Assembly (NCBI GenBank): GCA_028282585.1
Contig: JANQHR010000080.1
Coordinates: 13,312 to 77,311, forward strand
Reading direction: 5' to 3'
DNA: 64,000 nt
Origin: Bacteroidales bacterium
Lineage (GTDB): Bacteria > Bacteroidota > Bacteroidia > Bacteroidales > UBA12077
Made by a program: the position numbers and the translations under genes
The notes under the pieces: model-generated
Database searches by the model: none
What the model saw: only the letters and a program-made list of their open reading frames with translations
Told to the model about the DNA's origin: nothing
Shown here: piece after piece, positions 61,801 through 64,000 of the stretch
Layout of the letters: each line of letters begins with the position of its first letter
Position numbering within the stretch: position 1 is the first letter of the stretch

Positions 61801-62101
61801 AAGAATAGAAGAAGCTTTTAGTAATGACCAAATAAAAAATTGGTTCAGTAAAGACTGGGAAGTAAAAACAGAAGCAGAAATTATTTTACCCAATGGAAAA
61901 ACCGCTCGTCCCGACCGGGTAATTAGCAACAACGAAAAAACTATTGTAATTGATTATAAATTCGGAGAACAAGAAAAAGATAAACATCATAAACAAGTAA
62001 CATCATATATGGAAATTTTAAGTAAAATAGAAGACAAGAAAATAGAAGGGTATCTTTGGTACGTAGATTTAGGCCATGTAGTTACCGTTTCTAATTCCTA
62101 G
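58853..62101 (+). CDS. UvrD-type helicase-nuclease (AddA/RecB-like)
   Basis: ASAGSGKT, TFTNKATAEMK.RI, IDEFQDTS, VGDVKQSIYRWR, TIHSSKGLE, YVAFTRA, C-terminal RPDR...IDYK nuclease. Confidence 0.93.
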   Translation: MSQLTIYKASAGSGKTFRLTQEFLHLIFKYPENYRRILAVTFTNKATAEMKNRILSELNKLSKGTESDYLERLKKEFDLSNKEIQVKAGRILSSLLHDFSKFSVSTIDKFFQKIIRSFTREIGIQPGYSIELKQDEVLLKVIDELLLDLDENKELKEWLSTIASEKIEQGNKWDFKEDIQKLAREIFKEEFKAFDKQLIKKLSDKDFLKKYIQELQQIKSKFENKLNDIASGALEIIKTNGLEVIDFKWGKSSVPNYFNKIIANRDYEPTSRTIKGTESHSEWINQKSDKKDLIKNVLNQGLFEMLIQALEYFDKNKISYYSSIEILKFIHTLGILTDISAKLRKFTEDQNIFLISDAAQLIRIIIDNNESPFIYEKTGNIYKHFMIDEFQDTSKIQWHNFKPLIGNSLSQGSKNLVVGDVKQSIYRWRNSDWEILSDQIQNEFAQYNPKAEALKINWRSKKNIIHFNNAVFSYSSQILQQQFNTEYSDNTNNPYELKITDAYKDVLQTVSGNEKEGGYINHTFLDEKEYSSWKDEVKLRLPKIIEELQNKDYLLNDIAILVRTAKEGQEIANTLIDYKNQNNSNYKFDFISNDSLFLQNSSLVKFILAVLEYILNPEDEINLSFIAYEFNCYLKNENISGSELHNNLKNKKEDTDWHRKIFPREFIDSLDQIKQLPIYELIERIVKVFKLNEIQKELPYLKAFLDIILDFSKKSASDIHTFVNWWNEEGYNKTLTVSENQDAIRILTIHSSKGLEFKNVIIPFCNWEIDHKPTQTNILWCKTNEEPFNQLELIPVKYSKKLQKTIFNTDYLSEKFHAYVDNLNLLYVAFTRAENNLYCFSPIKEKKNGISKVNELLYFTYQNYKNFVSKNDLIGFEDNWNNETKTFELGNLKKIAKQVKDLPGEIEINRFESFDIKNKLRLKLHDNSFFTGQENAPFEKINHGKMMHEVFENVKTEDDISDAIDKLIFEGKISPNERTELIKRIEEAFSNDQIKNWFSKDWEVKTEAEIILPNGKTARPDRVISNNEKTIVIDYKFGEQEKDKHHKQVTSYMEILSKIEDKKIEGYLWYVDLGHVVTVSNS

Positions 62102-62110
62102 TTACTTACT

Positions 62111-62145
62111 AACCCGAAACCCGAAACCTGAAACCCGAAACCTGA
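62111..62145 (+). repeat. Heptamer tandem repeat (AACCYGA)x5
   Basis: aacccga aacccga aacctga aacccga aacctga, then degenerate units. Confidence 0.9.
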
Positions 62146-62204
62146 ACTCGCAACAATAAGAACTAGCCTGTAAATTAAATACAAAGAACCTAGAATGAAA
62201 AGAT

Positions 62205-63191
62205 ATGAGTAAATACGTGTGGGGACATAACAGAAGATTTAACGCATACAGCAATTATTTTAAAAAAACATTTGGTGAGCGGGTTCAAAAAGTAACTATA
62301 GATGCCGGGTTTACGTGCCCAAACCGCGATGGTTCAAAAGGAAATGGTGGTTGTACTTATTGTAATAATGATGCTTTTAATCCTTCATATTGCGTTCCGG
62401 ATAAAACCATTACACAACAAATAAATGAAGGTATTCAATTCCACGAAAAACGTTATAGAAGAGCTAATAAATTTCTGGCATATTTTCAGGCATATTCAAA
62501 CACCTATGCTCCATTAGAGAAACTAAAAACAATATACGATGAAGCGTTAAGTATTCCTGGAATTACAGGTTTGGTTATCGGAACACGTCCGGATTGTATC
62601 GATGATGAAAAACTGGAATATTTTCGGGAACTATCTAATAAATACTATGTTATACTCGAATATGGGATTGAATCTACCAATAATGAAACCTTAAAAAACA
62701 TTAATCGTCAACATACATTTGAAGAAGCGGTAGAAGCCCTGGAGAAAACAAAACAATACGGAATAAAAACAGGCGCACATTTTATTTTCGGGCTACCCGG
62801 CGAATCCAAAAAATATATTTTAAATGAAGCAAAAACCATATCCTCTCTCCCACTCGATACGGTAAAGTTTCATCAATTACAAATCATAAAGGAAACAGCC
62901 ATGGAAAAAGAATACAAAGAACACCCCGGGAAATTTACATTTTTTGAACTTCCTGAGTATATCGATTTTTTCATTCAGTTCATTGAAAGATTAAATCCTA
63001 AATTTGTTGTTGAACGTTTTGCAGGAGAAGTACCTCCAAGGTTTTTGGCAGGACCCGGTTGGGGATTAATACGAAATGATCAGATATTAAATAAATTTGA
63101 AAAAAGACTCGAAGAATTAGATACTTACCAAGGGAGATTGTTTGAAAAACCTGACAGCAATAGTACCAATAATCTGAAACCTGAAACCTGA
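62205..63191 (+). CDS. TIGR01212/YhcC-family radical SAM protein
   Basis: DAGFTCPNRDG....GGCTYC, YFQAYSNTY, IGTRPDC, K.HQL. Confidence 0.93.
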   Translation: MSKYVWGHNRRFNAYSNYFKKTFGERVQKVTIDAGFTCPNRDGSKGNGGCTYCNNDAFNPSYCVPDKTITQQINEGIQFHEKRYRRANKFLAYFQAYSNTYAPLEKLKTIYDEALSIPGITGLVIGTRPDCIDDEKLEYFRELSNKYYVILEYGIESTNNETLKNINRQHTFEEAVEALEKTKQYGIKTGAHFIFGLPGESKKYILNEAKTISSLPLDTVKFHQLQIIKETAMEKEYKEHPGKFTFFELPEYIDFFIQFIERLNPKFVVERFAGEVPPRFLAGPGWGLIRNDQILNKFEKRLEELDTYQGRLFEKPDSNSTNNLKPET

Positions 63192-63317
63192 AACCTGAAA
63201 CCCGAAATCTGAAACCTGAAACCCGAAATCTGAAACCTGAAACCCAAAATCTGAAACCTGAAACCCAAAATCTGAAACTGAGAACTATGAACTATGAACT
63301 ATGAACTTTAAACCATG
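63171..63317 (+). repeat. 21-unit heptamer tandem array
   Basis: 15 units AAYCYRA with a 21-bp super-period, then AACTGAG, AACTATG x3, AACTTTA, AACCATG. Confidence 0.95.
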
Positions 63318-64000
63318 AGCACTTTCCTTCAACATACAGCAACAGACCTCTATTCTAGGTACGAAGATAAAATCTCCCAACTCTGTATTGTGTTTCCCAA
63401 CCGCAGAGCAAGTTTATATTTCAAAAAATACTTGTCAGAATTAACCGATAAACCTATATGGTCACCTAATACAACCACCATCAATGAATTGATGCAGGAA
63501 ATTTCAGGTTTAACTATTGCCGACAATATCAAGCTGCTTTTCGAACTATATACCATTTATAAACAAGTAAAAAAATCGGAAGAAAGTTTCGACGATTTCT
63601 ACTTTTGGGGCGAAATGATGCTTAATGACTTCGATGATATCGATAAATACCTTGTTAATCCTGAAGATTTATTTAAAAACCTGAAATCCTTAAAAGCTAT
63701 TCAGGATCAGTTTACATATTTATCAGATGAACAAGTTGAAGCCATAAAGCAATTTTGGCAAAGCTTTGAACCAGAGAAATATTCTGAGCAACAAGAAGAT
63801 TTTATAAGTATATGGAATATTTTACTTACTATTTACCAGAATTTTAATACCTGGTTAAAAGAACTTGGAATTGCTTACGAAGGAATGATATACCGCTTTG
63901 TAGCTGATAAAATTGCAGGAACAGAAAAAATAGTAATGCCCCATAAAAAATACGTTTTTGCAGGTTTCAATGCATTAAATACTTGTGAAAAAAGACTTTT
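63315..64000 (+). CDS. AddB-like PD-(D/E)XK nuclease family protein (3' end outside window)
   Basis: Own translation: MSTFLQHTATDL...IVFPNRRASLYF...PIWSP...LLFELY...FDDFYFWGEMMLNDFDDIDKYL; open to the window end; nuclease domain not visible here. Confidence 0.85.
   Translation, partial: MSTFLQHTATDLYSRYEDKISQLCIVFPNRRASLYFKKYLSELTDKPIWSPNTTTINELMQEISGLTIADNIKLLFELYTIYKQVKKSEESFDDFYFWGEMMLNDFDDIDKYLVNPEDLFKNLKSLKAIQDQFTYLSDEQVEAIKQFWQSFEPEKYSEQQEDFISIWNILLTIYQNFNTWLKELGIAYEGMIYRFVADKIAGTEKIVMPHKKYVFAGFNALNTCEKRL

Noticed and set aside
63171-63317. Possible CRISPR array
   Set aside because: Contiguous 7-nt units with no unique spacers, and no cas genes in the window
110-63556. Many short track ORFs antisense to or nested in long genes (e.g. 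110-304, 2222-2422, 4978-5175, 18076-19486, 26132-26586, 45736-46343, 61441-61932, 63350-63556)
   Set aside because: They overlap well-supported CDSs, show no family motifs, and are expected shadows
58853-64000. Anti-phage helicase-nuclease defence system
   Set aside because: Motifs and pairing fit the housekeeping AddAB-type recombination genes of Bacteroidota

Overview
AT-rich chromosomal window from a Bacteroidota organism, probably Bacteroidales/Marinilabiliales-like (TAnnTTTG promoters, SusC/SusD pair, BtuB/BtuG). All product calls rest on motif recognition; no database search was run. Housekeeping genes: rsmI-like, wbqC, lepB, dapB, thrS-infC-rpmI-rplT, DPP-IV, tRNA-Leu(GAG), dcp, nhaA, mnmA, addA/addB-like. 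A cobalamin-riboswitch operon carries btuB-btuG-Dph6-like-cobU-cobT-cobS-cobC. A decayed accessory patch follows the tRNA: a Gly-Gly leader peptide precursor, a HlyD remnant, an HTH pseudogene and a phage-type fragment. The most striking item is at 28.3-32.6 kb. A DUF3098-like gene, an ECF sigma factor and a single-pass putative anti-sigma converge on a DUF2723 (TMEM260-like) GT-C glycosyltransferase. Both transcription units share the ECF-type promoter TGAACC-N13-GTGTAC, and all four Asp residues in the 41-aa anti-sigma tail sit in Bacteroidota O-glycosylation-type sequons D-S/T-x. This suggests, as a hypothesis only, a feedback circuit that senses protein O-glycosylation. Other candidates: a ~90-nt sRNA, a radical SAM plus U32-like pair, a Lys-rich histone-H1-like protein, a lipoprotein cysteine hydrolase, and heptamer arrays flanking a radical SAM gene inside addAB. 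No CRISPR array, rRNA or intact transposase/integrase was seen.
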